A DNA stretch of 64,000 bases, from the NCBI RefSeq assembly GCF_001447785.1, contig NW_015164672.1:873744-937743 (forward strand), read 5' to 3'. The stretch is from Gekko japonicus (lineage: Eukaryota). Positions 10,796 to 23,432 of the stretch are shown in pieces. The first letter of the stretch is position 1; each line of letters begins with the position of its first letter. The notes beneath the pieces were generated by a model. The model was not told where the DNA came from. It searched no databases and worked only from the letters and a program-made list of their open reading frames with translations. The translations under genes and the position numbers were made by a program.

Positions 10796-12962
10796 CTCTA
10801 ACCTGTCTCACAGAGTTCTTATGGGGATAAAATGGAAGAGAGAATTACACAAGTGGTTTTAGGTCTCCACTGGGGAGGAAGGTGGAGTATAAATGAAATA
10901 AGCAAATTACAGCTTTCTGCCCACAAAATCTAGCACCATTAACCTCCAAACTAAGATCTCTGGAAAAGGCCATTTTTACATGCCCTGTGAGAAATGCTTC
11001 TCTGTCAAGTGCCCTCAAGTGACCCCATAGGGTTTTCAAGGCAAGCAGAAGGTGGTTGGCTGTGGCCTTCCTCTGCAACGTCTTCCTTGGTCATCTCCCA
11101 TCAAGTACCGACCCAGCTTAGAGTCTGAAATCTGATGGGTTCAGGCTTTACTGTACCATTCCACCTCCCTCCTTATGGAAAACAGGAAGCCCAAAAAAGG
11201 AAGCAGGCCATTCCGTCACAATGAATGCACTCGTGAAAATGCCCTTCCTTTGGCTGAGGATGAGTGGACTGATCTAAGCAAGAGGACAGCAAAGAGGTCA
11301 TTCAAGGAATGCAATGGATAGAATCATAGAGTTGGAAGGGACCTCCAGGGTCAGCTGACCAACACCCTGCACAATGCAGGAAATTCACAAATACCTCCCT
11401 CTCCACACCCCCAGTGACCCCTGTTCCATTCCCAGAAGATGACAAAAAACCTCCAGGATCCCAGGCCAAAGTGGCCTGGAGAAAAATTGCTTCCTCTTTT
11501 CCCTGTGCGTGTAAGAAAGGGCCACAAGAACAAAGCACTGATGCAACGCTTCCTGCCGTCCCTCTAATGATCTGCCTGAGTTCACAGGACCAGTATTGCT
11601 GTCAGATGGCCATCTAGCCTCTGTCTGAAAACCTCCAAAGAAGGAGAGCCCAAGGAAGCCTGTTCAGGTTGGAGTCCATCAGGAGATGTGGTTTATTACG
11701 TATAAGGGTCCCTGGCCATGGAAGGTAAGAACCAGCATCTTGAAGTGGACTCTGATGTAAGTAGGCAACCAATGCAGACGTTGAAGCACAGGTGGCATAT
11801 GGTCTAGCTGTCTAGCTCCTGAGAAAAACCCAGTGATGCATTTTGCATTGGTTGAATCTTACAGGTCATCTTCAAAAGCATCCCTCCGCAGCACCTGTTA
11901 CAGTAATCTGCTCTGGCGGTTAGGGCAGCTTCCCTCTAGAGGTCCCCAATGTGGGGCTCACCAGCGGGTTTCCTGGTGCCAGCTTGCTGCTTCTTGGGGG
12001 TATGAGCCAAGGGACCTGGAACTAGGGTTGCCAACCTCCCAGTGAGGCCTGGAAACCTCCCGGAATTACAAATGATTTCCAGATGACAGAGATCAGCCAC
12101 CCTGGAGAAAATGGCTGCTTTGGAGGGTGGATCCCCCTCCCCAAACCCACCTTCTCCAGCCGGCTCCACCCCCCAGATCTCCAGGAACTTCCTAACTCAG
12201 AGTTGGCAACCCTACCTGAAACACCAGGTTGCAATAACCATAAAAATAGGACATAAGCATTCCGTCATGCCTACACATCTAAAATGGCCTCAATGTACAT
12301 AGCTGCCCATTACAGCTGTCCACCATAAAGTCTAGGGAATTTCAGGACACTTCTTACCGGTGGACTGAGTAGCAAAGTGCTGAGCTCATCTCATTCAGGT
12401 ATGTGCACCCCAGCCGTACATAATCAGCTCAGCCGCAGACACAGACTTTACGTCTTGGTGTTCAAAACCTCTTCCTGTGGCTACTTCCTATTCCTTTCCT
12501 AAGCTGAACTGAACAGCTTCCCTTCTGCAAAGCAAAGAGGTAAGCCCAGCTTCCCTTTACTTCCTATGTGCAGAAGGCGCTCCAGAAGAGCCCAGGAAAT
12601 ATCCCCTTTGTGTCCACAACACGCAAACATCTGCCTCCATCATAGGAGGGTGCTTGGCTTGGAATCTCCCCACATTTTGTGACTGACTTCACTCCTATTA
12701 CAATGATGTGGAGGAAAGTGATGGTTGGCTCTTTACACTTTGGTGGAGGCACACTTTGGGGGGCAAGCAAGGGGGTGCCCGGAAAACACACGGGGAGGCA
12801 CTGTGTCGGGAATCACTGTGGCAGCGAAGCATCAGACTAAAGCACAGAGATTCACCAGAAAGAAAATGCGTAGTGCCAGTGTGGTCCCATTATGAGAAGA
12901 CGAGACTTGCCAGAAAAAGGCAATAACGCTAGGAAAAGTTGGAGGCAGCAGGAAAAGAGGAA

Positions 12963-13780
12963 GGCTGTGGTCACACAGGAAGGTAATTCTGCTTTGTTCC
13001 CGCTTTAATTTAATTTAATCAGGAACATTTTTCTTTGGGTTGGGCTGATTAGATGATTAGATGCAGCCGCCCCCCCCCTCTTCCACCACCCGCTCGCCTG
13101 CCAGCTCCTAAGGAAAATTGCCATGCATTACCCATGGGTTTTTTTCTTTTTTAAAAAAAAAAAAGCTTCCGGTTTGAGCGCTTGAGCAAGTATGCGCTTA
13201 ATAAATCCATTATTAAACGTTATTTTATGTTCATTTCTCTGTTTAAAGATAACAGCAGCAGCCTGAGCCTGCCCCGTGGCTGGCAGGATTGCCTGGAGGG
13301 ACTCAGTGCGGTGGAGGCTCCGCCGAAGCCCTGATGAGTCGAGCTGAGTGCAGCAGCCCTCTCGGACGGTCTTCCTTTTCCTGCCGCTCTGGGGCTGGTC
13401 GGGCAGGCGGCTTGCCGGAGCTGTCATATTATCTTTAAACAGAGAAATGAACATAAAAATAACGGTTAATAATGGATTTATTAAGCGCATGTTTGCCCAA
13501 GTGCTCGAACCGGAAGCTTTTTTAAAAAAAACAAACCCAAAGAGCGGTCAGACGGCCCTAATCGCAATCATTGTGAAAGATGGCTGTCCAGATGCGTGAA
13601 ATCGCGCATTCCAAGTGCAAGTGCCAGGAAAATACTTGATTTTCCCAGGGGTAGGAAAACCCGGGAGCATTGTGGGAGTGAGCCACGCTTCGGCGTGGGA
13701 TTCACCTGTCTGATCAGCAAACTTAAATGTGGGAGGGAACAGCGGCGAACCCCGATCAAAAGGACCGTGTGACCGCACCC
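12963..13780. mobile_element. Probable PIF/Harbinger-type non-autonomous element with a long internal inverted repeat
   Basis: Ends GGCTGTGGTCACAC...GTGTGACCGCACCC; interrupts an RTE-type 3' fragment (about 12830-12962). Confidence 0.55.
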
Positions 13781-15469
13781 AAAGACCCAGCTGCTTAGAT
13801 TCCGAGATCTGACAGGATTGGGCTAGCTTGGACTATCCAGGTCACGGCGGACCTGTAACTGTTATCTGTGAACACATGAACAACACATGTAGCTGCCTTA
13901 TACTGACTTAGATCATTGATTTATCAAGGTCAATACTGTCTAATCAGACAGGCAGTGTCTCTCCAGGATCTCAGGCCTTTTCCATCACCTACTACCTGAT
14001 CCTTTTAACTTGAGAAGATAAGGATTGAACCTGAGTCCTTCTGCATGCCAAGCAGAGGCTCTGCCACCAAGCTATGCCCCCTACCTAAGTGAATGTGAAG
14101 GAAGCAACTGGACGGGTATGCCAACCTTGCATGGATCACTAAAACCTGGCTGGATGTTTCCCAGTGCTGCTCACAGACTAATGCTCCCTCCCCCCCCTAA
14201 AATGACAGGAGTGAATGCCAATGAATTATTCACAAGCTCAGACTCCTCCCTCCATTCTTGAGTGGGCTGTTGGCCCTTTTCATAAAATAATGTAAATCCC
14301 CAATCATCCATCTGCTGGTTTGCTATATTATTGCGGCAGCTTCCCGACATCAGCACAGTCTGAGATGCAATCCTAAAACGGTCTGCTCAGAAGGGCATCC
14401 CAGTGGGGTTTACTCTTAGGAAAGTGTCTTCAGAATTGCAGTCTGACGGCAGGAAAGGCCAAGCCAGCAGTCAGGATCTCATGACTTGTATGGACTTACA
14501 GGCTTAAATTTAGTACAGGGACGATCTATTTCCACGTTTGTCATTAAAAGAGAAATTAATTACCAAGAATATATTTCTTGTCAATCAAAACGGAGACACT
14601 CTGGATACTAACCTTGCAGTCTTAAATGGAGCTACACCCTTGTAAGTCCACTGGAGTCAGAACGGACAGAAAGGTGTAGCTGTTTAGGATTACACCATAA
14701 ATCTCTGCAGGGGCAGGAGACACTGGCCTTGGGCTGGAATAAGGAGGACAGGCCTGATCTCTCGAACAGCATCCAACTCCAAGTGTAATCCTAAATGGAG
14801 ATAACCCCTTCTAAGGGCCAAACTATGTTCCGGTTACATCTGGGTTTCCCAAACTGACTCAGTCTCATGCCAGCCACAAGTCCCCTGCTGAAAATTTAAT
14901 TCCTAAGTGCTCAGGGCCCTGGTTCTGATCCAGACTATGGCGCTTGGAAGAAGTGACTTCTGCCTCTGCCCTAGGGTTCCCAACTTCAAGTTGTGAATTT
15001 CCTGGAGATTTGGGGCTGGATCCTAGGGAGGGAAGGGCCTGAGGAGGGGAGGGACTTCAGTGGGATATAAAGCCACAGAGTCCACTCTCTCCATGCTCTC
15101 CAGGCTGTTTTGGAGACATCGTTTCGTGCTACATTCTTGATGCCAGCACTGACTGAATTCTTTGGACGTTATATTGGACTGACTTTGATTTCTTTGATTT
15201 ATTTATATCCATGGATTATTTGTGATGGAAGTGGTGCTCCTTTGCAGGATTATTACATTTTAGTAGTAAAAGGACACACATTGAATAATTAATGAGGGGG
15301 GCGTGGCAGAAGCCAGGGTCACCATGAATATCATTACACAGTGTGTTTGGTGTTGGTTATACCATACTGTATAATTCCCTTTTGTTGTTGGTATGTTCTC
15401 CAGGGGAACTGATCTCCATAGCCTAGAGGTTGGCAAAGTTACTCTGCCCCACGTTCTTTTGGAGTTTTG

Positions 15470-15730
15470 GAGTTTGGTGTAGTGGTTAAGTGCGCGGACT
15501 CTAATCTGGGAGAGCTGGGTTTGATTCCCCACTCCTCCATTTGCACTTGCTGGATGACCTGATAAGAGCTGTTCTTGAAAAAGAGCAGTTTCTGTCAAGA
15601 GCTCTCTCAGCCCCACCTACCTCACAGGGTGTCTCTTGTGGGGAGGGGAAGGGAAAGGATTTTGTAAGCCGCTCTGAGACACAATTGGGTAGTAAAGGGT
15701 GAGGTATAAATCCAATCTCTCCTCTCTCTT
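15470..15730 (+). mobile_element. tRNA-derived Squam3-like SINE (other copies near 31790-32060 +, 37275-37520 +, 45950-46250 -, 49165-49435 +)
   Basis: A box TGGTGTAGTGG, B box GGTTTGATTCC, CORE-like ctacctcacagggtg, (CTT/CTC)n tail. Family name from recall. Confidence 0.8.
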
Positions 15731-16003
15731 CTCTTCTTTTGTTCTCTTTTTTTTCCCCAGCCCAAAGGCCCTGGGGAGCATCTCCCATAGGGACAAATAG
15801 TGCCCCCCTCAGGCTTTTAAAATAAAGTAACCCAGGTGCCACACATCAAAAATCATAAAGTTTGGCCATAAAGCCATTAAAGCCAGTGGGCTTTGAAGGG
15901 TGTAATTCTGCTGAGGAAGATACTGGAAGTAACCTTACACCTTACCAAATGGCTGCAGAGACTGCATATGTAACTTGAATTTGACTTTGATGTGAGTGAT
16001 AGG

Positions 16004-16209
16004 CAATGCTCCCTCTAAGCTGTGGAGTCTATTAATCAAAAGTGCTACTTTGTGAGCTGCTGGCATTAAAGTTGTGAGCGAGCAATTTGGCTACTGCATA
16101 AATTAGTTTGCTCTGGAGCCATCCTTCCTGAGCTAAGACAAAAATGTGTGAGCTGGAGGCTAAAAAACTGTGAGCTAGCTCACACTAACTCAGCTTAGAG
16201 GGAACACTG
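16004..16209. mobile_element. hAT-type MITE, TIR CAGTGTTCCCTCTAAG (other copies near 24181-24385 and 37531-37734)
   Basis: Perfect 8-bp TSDs GTGATAGG (this copy) and TTGGGGAC (37531 copy). Confidence 0.88.
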
Positions 16210-19200
16210 GTGATAGGGTTGCCGGGTCCCCCCTGCCCACCAGTGGGTAATGAGGGGGGTGGGTTGCCAGCTCCAGGCTGGGAAACTCCTGGAGATTTGG
16301 GAAAGTGTACTCTCCTTATGGCTCAGAGCATAAAGTTTCAATCCTAGGCAGATAGATCCAGATGGTCAGCCATGTTGCGAACTGATCTCTGTAGTCTGGA
16401 GATAAGGCATAATTCTGGAGGGTCTTCAGGTCACACCTGTAGGCTGGCATCCCTAGTGAGCAAGCCAGCACCTGTACATTTAACTTCTTGAAGTGAAAAG
16501 GCTGGGATTCAAGCCTCCTGCAAATGGCCCGCTCTGACCTGGAAGCACTGTCTCGTAGCTGTTTAACAGCAAGGAAAGTGTACTCTCCTTATGGCTCAGA
16601 GCATAAAGTTGCAATCCTAGGTAGATAGATCCAGATAGTCAGCCATGTTGCTCTGAAGCAGCAGAACAAATTTACAGTCCATCGGCACCTTTAAGACCCA
16701 CAAAGGTTTATTCAAAACTAAATGGCACGTTAAGTTTATACAGTCAACAGCTGTAAAGCAATAAATATGTCAAAATAGCAGATAAATGTCTAAAGGTGTT
16801 TTTTTTATAATTGTGAGAAGTAACAGAATCTTAATTATCTCCTCTCAGGTGTGGAGGGCACTTAACAGTATATTTTGAGCTGGATGTAATGTCAGCAGAG
16901 TTAGTCTACTCTAAGGCTATTGAAGTCAATGGGCTTAGACTGTAGTACCGCTGCATAGGATTGCAGTGCGGTATTCTCCTGTTATTAGCAATGTCTCCCC
17001 CTGCACTGGAAGAGAAATAGCTTTGAGGACTGAGAAGACCACATGTTGGCTTTGCAACAGCTCTTCTGACCCTTCATAAGCTAACTGAAGAGTTGACTGG
17101 GCTGGGCACATGGTATGCACAGCGGGTTGTGCACATGGTGCTGAAGAAGAATTGGAACTTCTCAACTTGATGGCTTTGGAGGGTCTTGGAAACTGGAAGG
17201 TTGACTCCAGTGGACTAACTTGGCAGTCTTTGAATGCAGGTCTTCTGTAGCTCTGATGGATCAATTGATCCATCTTTTTTTTTTTTTGCAAATGCGCCAT
17301 CTGCTATCTCTTCTCCCTCCTCTACTTACCCTGAGCTTTGAGGTTAATTCTCAACACCTGACCAGTTTTAAATTGCTGAGTTAATTATCAGATTAAGGAC
17401 AGGAGACAATCAGTTCCAAAAGCAGGCCATTTCCGAAAGCCAAAGACGTCTTTGAGCAGAGAAAGGAACGCGGCAGACAACTTCATTCCACCAGAGCCAG
17501 CAGATTTCTCTCTGGAACACTTTAGCACTTGGGAGAAGAAAACTCATCAAAAGCGGTAAGTTTGACCATCTGCGGTGGAAAAGATCAATTAAGCATGCAG
17601 TTGGATACATTACAGAGATCTCCTTAGAATGTTTTCTTTTTTTAAAGAAATTGGAAGAAAGTATCTTTTTTTTTTCTCCAGAGGAAGTTATTTACAAGTT
17701 GGTATGTTTAGAGTTGCAACCTTATACCCTAAATCTGTTGCAGTCAGCAAGAGAAAACAGGCATCTATAAGCAGATTTGCATGAGCAGAAAGCAGTAGTT
17801 TTAAGAAGAACAGAAAGGGGTATTGTTGCATAATGGGAACACGCGCACTATGTTTGTCCCATTGGCTGATGCAGGTTTTTAAGACGCTACAAAATCCTTC
17901 CAAACTGCTTTACCTAGAGTGATAGTGGGGTGAGGGTGCCCACCACAGACCCCCATCTCTTTAAGGCTCTGAAAATGTTATCAGCCAGCAGCTTTGATGT
18001 ACCAGACCGGATCAGGCAACCCAGTTGCACATCCAGAACTTCACACTTCACCAAGATGTACTCCATGTACTGCGAGTTTGCACAATAAGCACTGTCGTTT
18101 CTGCAGATTCAGCAGCTTATATGCTGTCTAGTGGTGCTTTGGTTATTTTCTAGAATGGGGACTATGGAATTGCTTAGAAGTTGGTTGTCTTCTTCCTGTA
18201 TTATTGCTCTGCTGTTCTCTGTGCGGGACAATTCAGGGCTCATCCAGATGGCAAAGTATTAAAAATGGGCAGAAGGGAAAGGATTAAACAGCCCTTTTCC
18301 TCTCCCCCAAAGTCATTCGCTCATGATTTCAGCGCCCAGACGCTGGGAAAGAAATGTACAAGTTATCATCTGGCTTATCCCTTGGGCATGTGTCGTTCGT
18401 CTGAAATTACGTTTTGGACGAATTCCAAATTCAGCAACCTTTCAGAATTTTCATTTTTTAAATTTTTTTGAAAATGTTCACATTCCACTTTTGAAATTTG
18501 TTTTTGAGGTGTCATCATTAAAACAATACTTTCGTTTGTGCTTTCAAGTTGCAGCCAAGTTGTGACGTCCCCAGCGAGGTGCTTTCAAGGCAAGTAAGAA
18601 GCAGAGGTGGTTTATCATTGACTTCCTCTGCAGTCTTCCTTGGGGGTCCCTCATTCAAGAGCCAACCCTGCTGTGCTTCCGAGATCTGATGAGATCTGGT
18701 TATATCATGCCGTTCCACATCTCCCCTTCAAAACACTAAATCTTAATGTTCTTGTCTTTACATTCAGCAATGAAAAAGTGGCTCAGGTTTCTAAATCCTG
18801 GAACGGTTTAAAAGCATCCTTAATTTTGTGGCCGGAGGGAGAGGGGAATCCAATTAGGAGACATGAGGATTTTTTGATAAGCAAACTGGAGTTAGAAGAA
18901 TTTGCTTGTAAATCGGTGCTGCTGAAATATTAGTAAAGGACCCTGCAGGAACTTGGATTGGCTACCTGGATGTGTTTGATCAGAAGTGGAATCATGGGAG
19001 TGATTATAAGTGGTATAACATTTTACGGATGTAAAATTGTATGGGTCTAGACTGACCCTGTCAGATCTCGGACACGAAGCAGGGTTGGTCCTTGGCACCA
19101 AGGAAGTCTCTGCAGAGGAAGGCAATGGCAAACCACCTCTGCTTCTCACTTGCTTTGAAAGCCCCTCACTGGGGCCACAATAAGTCAGTTATATACATAC

Positions 19201-21659
19201 ATAACATTTAAAGTTAGCCCTCCTTCCTTTCTGGCTAAAATGCTAGCTACATGGAAAGTTCTTGTAAACCCATTGTGCCTGCGAACCTCCAGCCAAAGAA
19301 GAAGAATTGAGGAAGTGTTTTATCCTAAGACTCTTGGTATTACAGATGCTTCTACGCTGGGGTACTGGTTTGCTGCAGGTTATGAAACCAACCACCCATG
19401 AAACCACATTCTCTTCCTTTGCCTTGAACAGTTCCTTTCCTTTGCCTTTCCAATGTCTGCATTGTACAAACATGAACACATATTATGAGACTCATCCTAC
19501 CCAATCATTTGCTTTAGATGTGGACTCCATTTACATTTATTTATTTATTACTTTGACTTTTACCTCGCCCTCCCCGCTGAGGCAGGCTCAGGGCGGTTTA
19601 CATAAGGAAACAATAGAAAAACAATAATATAAATACTAATATAGAAAGGCTGTAGCAGCTTATTTCATCTAGGTAATGCAGGTTAGATAAAGTATCCCTC
19701 CCCCGCTCCCCATGGTTGACTCGTGCAAGGATGGAGGAGGATGAAATGACACAGAGAAAGAAGTCACAGGAGGTGACTAAAAAACCTGTGTATCCTACAA
19801 ATGTACAATTAGTTTATACCACTTTAACTGTGAAGAATTGTGGGAATTGTAGTTTGAAGAGGCTGCTCAGAATTCTTTGTTAGAGACCCTTAGGGAACAA
19901 CCGTTTCCACCATCCACTATGGAGAAGGAAATACTGCTAAACCAGTCCAAGTGTCTAGTAGGAGGACAACAGTAGGTGCTTGTATGGAGCAGGTGGAGAG
20001 ACAAGACATCAGGTGTTTGCCTGTTTCCAGGTGTACAATTCCCCTTGTCCTAAGCCTTTTTCTGAGGTTATGCTCGGGGGCTATCCATTGTGTGCTTACC
20101 AGGAACCTGTGCTACCTGTGATCTTCCCAATATACACTGTCACCATTTTATCACATATCTGCAGCTTCAGAGAGAGCTTCATGAAAACCTCTTCATACAA
20201 AGGGACTACACATTATCAGGGGGGTTGTAGGTAACATTTGCTCCTGATACACATTTGGGTAGCCCCAAAGGTAACCTCTGAGAAAGGCTAGAGTCATGGA
20301 AACATTGAACACTTTTGCATGCATACTGTGGAACAGCTACCAAGGCAATGACATATGGCCATAAGAGGCCTTTGAATAAGCTGCTTAAATATAGAAGTAA
20401 TTGGTTAAACCAAGATTTGTGTCGCTTAAGAGATGCTGGAAGTCCTCATTGGCCCAGTTCTAGTAGATGCCCAAGAGACTTGGCTCCCACATTATAAAAA
20501 GTAACAGAAGAACCCAGTTCTGTATGTAATAATGTCATCATGACCCAAGTCCCCAAAGTTTAGGACACTGCAGCTCTGCACCAAAATTTAATCACAGAAC
20601 CCGGGCTGATAGTAACTTCTTACCAGTTCAGGGTTGGATCTCACTGAAGATTCCCATGTGGACAACCGCCCTTGCACAAGTGGAAACATGAAAGTTACTC
20701 ATCACTGCCTGCTTGCACTAAAAAGGCTATTGTGTCCCCCTTTCCCACATGTTCAAGATATAGCCCAAGATATTTCATCTACCAGATTAAATGAAAACAT
20801 GTGTAAGCCATCTGTTCTACATTCCATGGGCTGGATCGAACCCACTTGTTGCCCAATCTCGCTCAATTCTCTTCCTTCCTACAGCCCCTGTCCCACATGG
20901 CTTTTGTCCATGCAGGTCCCACAGTTCCCCAGCATAGCCTTTTTGGTGGTCAAAGGGAACCCCCTTTTCCTTTTCACTAGCAGAAAAGCTGGTTGGGCCC
21001 AACCCCATTGCTCCAAATGCAAATTGGTTTGGGTCCAACCCAAACTGATAGTCTGATAGTGCAGGATCTCCCCTCCAACCCCAGGAAAGTTTATTTTTGG
21101 GAGTGGATGGCTCAGTATGTACAAACAGCTGCAATGTTAGGCTGCTGCAGTGGAGAGGGGGAAGAGAATGCGACCACCATTTCTGCCTCTTGCATGAGCA
21201 GAGTTCACCTGACAGAAGAGGAATAAAGGAGTGATTTCACCTCCCTCCCTGCCATTTCCACCCAACTCATGTGGCTGTTAATACACACAAGGGGAGGGGA
21301 GGCAGGGAAGATCCCACCATGATCGCAGGATCCAATCATAGTTATTCCATTAAAAATTATACTGAAGCACAATGCGTGTCTCGCTTGCTGCAAGCCCATG
21401 TGGAATGACGCTAAGTCCAATTTTAAAATGCAGTTGTAAATAGATAAAAAAGGGAGGGGGAAGACTAAAGCAAATTATTAGCCAGTAGGAAGGAGTACAG
21501 AAAGCCATAGTAAGCTTTTAAAAGGCACTTCCTAATAATTTGAAGGTTATAGCTACATATTGAATAGCTGTTTGGTCTTATTGCTCATGCTTTTTGTGTT
21601 TGTAATTACGTTGTTATTGTTGTGGTTTCCTAATAGTATGTGCTACTGTAAATTGTTTG

Positions 21660-22010
21660 TTTTTTAAAAATAGTTTATGTATTTTCCAAAACAAAAATTC
21701 CAAAACCCAAATTTTTAATACAAAGTATCCTTTGGAGATTCTTTACACATTTGTTTCCATCCATCCATCCATCTAATTTCTGCCATTTTTTAAAAAACAG
21801 ATTTTCATCTTTTGCCAACAGTATCATATTTAGTTTATCCATTTCTTTAATTTCCATAATTTCTGTAATTAACTCTTCTCTACCTGGAATTTTTTCTGAT
21901 TTCCAGCATTTCGCTAAGAGAATTCTAGAGCTAGTAAGAATATACAATATCACACATAGGTCATTATATTTAATCCCTTCTGGTAAGATATTAAGGAGAT
22001 ATGCTTCTGG
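21660..22010 (-). mobile_element. L1-clade LINE 3' fragment (ORF2 C-terminus)
   Basis: ORF 21675-21953 (SRILLAKCWKSEKIP...EMDKL...FFKKWQK) resembles reptile L1 ORF2 ends; AT-rich. Confidence 0.7.
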
Positions 22011-22230
22011 GTCTAGCTACTGTAAATTGTTGTTATATTATATAAATAAAAGGTAGATTTTTTTAAAAAGGCATCATGTGACTCATGGAACTAAGCTTTT
22101 GACCTGATGACCAACCACATATTCAGCATCCGTGAAGATAAGTGTTTATATGTTCCTGTGTCGCAGAGGTGTTCTTCAAAAGATGTATGTAGATGGCTAA
22201 CGTGGATTTATGTCTGGATTGCAGGTCAAG

Positions 22231-22314
22231 ATGGCGATGGACATGACTGAAAAAGAGATCTTGAAAATGCAAATAGACCAGCTGAAAAAGGAAACAAAAA
22301 CTGAAAGGCAATTG
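22231..22314 (+). CDS. GNGT2: Cone transducin gamma subunit, coding exon 1 (MAMDMTEKEILKMQIDQLKKETKTERQL)
   Basis: Acceptor ttgcag ends at 22224, ATG at 22231, donor gtaaac at 22315. G-gamma N-terminal helix like GNGT2; adjacent and divergent to ABI3 as in mammals. Confidence 0.93.
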
Positions 22315-23060
22315 GTAAACATTTCTCTATGCTGCCATTTTTCAGGCTAACCAGTTGGAACTGGTATGCGCAAGTTTCATGAGTTACACACGACATTTGT
22401 CAAGCAGAATGGAGTGGTAAACTCTCTTAGGCTATACATAAAATACAAAGGTTGTACAGCCATATTGGTCCATGCTGAATCCAAAACCAAAAACAAAGTC
22501 TGGATAATACCTTGTATTAGAAACCAACCAAATTGACACAAGACGTGCAATTTTTTGAGGTCACTATAACTCTTCATCAGTCCTGGAGATTACAAAATGT
22601 ATTTTTTAAAAGTCTAATTCTCCATAAAATGCCAGCAGGCAATTAGCTTAATTTTATCGCAGCGGTACTGTTATAGTGTGGTCTCTGGGAAGCTGCATTC
22701 TGTACACTTTCTTCATTCTCTCACTGAAATACAGAATCCATCCAAGTCCATCCAAAAATCATCTCAAAGAAACACAGTTCCTTGCTGGATGAGATAAAAT
22801 AGCTGGGGTGGAGGGAGGGGCACAAGAGACGCATTCAAAGATGCAAACATTTAATATTGTAAACATCTCTTTGGCTGTTAGAAATAAAATCCCCAGTGCT
22901 TTTGACATTTTTCTTCAGGGGAATCTACAAAAACATGCATAATGCACATCTATAATATCAGATTGCATTATTTATAGAATACCAACAAAGACATCTGGAT
23001 GCATGAGTGGTACACTCAATAAAAAAACTGATTTCCACTGAAATAAAAAATAATAGCAAT

Positions 23061-23432
23061 GGGTTGAATCCAGCAATCCATGGACACAAGGATTGTGGGT
23101 CTTTCCTGCATCCCCCTCTCCCTGGCAGTCCTTTCAGACCCCAGGAAAATTTATTCCCAAGGTCATGGGATTTGCCTGTGGAACTGCACTAAGCAGCAAG
23201 AGAAAACTCCTCCCTCTTCCATCAGCAGAGCTTTGTGGAAGAAAGATATAGGGTGCTTTGTCCATTTCTTTCTCCCCACTGCAACCTGCCACTTGCATGG
23301 CCATTGGTTCACACGGTCCCATGGCCCAGGGGATAAATTTTCTTGGGGCTGGAAAGGACTGACAGGAGAAGGATAATTTGGAAAAGATCCGTGACCGTAA
23401 GCACCTTCTGCTAACAGACTGCTAGATCCAAC
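23061..23432. mobile_element. Palindromic MITE, TIR GGGTTGGATCC (related copies near 20828-21005, 23645-23832, 28770-29510, 42570-42770, 50085-50265)
   Basis: Terminal and internal inverted symmetry is visible and the family recurs in the window. Confidence 0.6.

Noticed and set aside
13331-13370. CTGATGA as a hammerhead core
   Set aside because: No properly placed GAAA or stem II downstream.
15470-15545. tRNA-like sequences with A/B boxes (also near 31790, 37280, 49165)
   Set aside because: They are SINE heads followed by CORE and tail sequence and lack a complete cloverleaf.
21440-21515. Candidate GNGT2 non-coding first exon ending at a GTAAGC donor (21510)
   Set aside because: Several equally plausible donors lie upstream (about 19672, 20231, 20271); cannot be resolved without transcript data.
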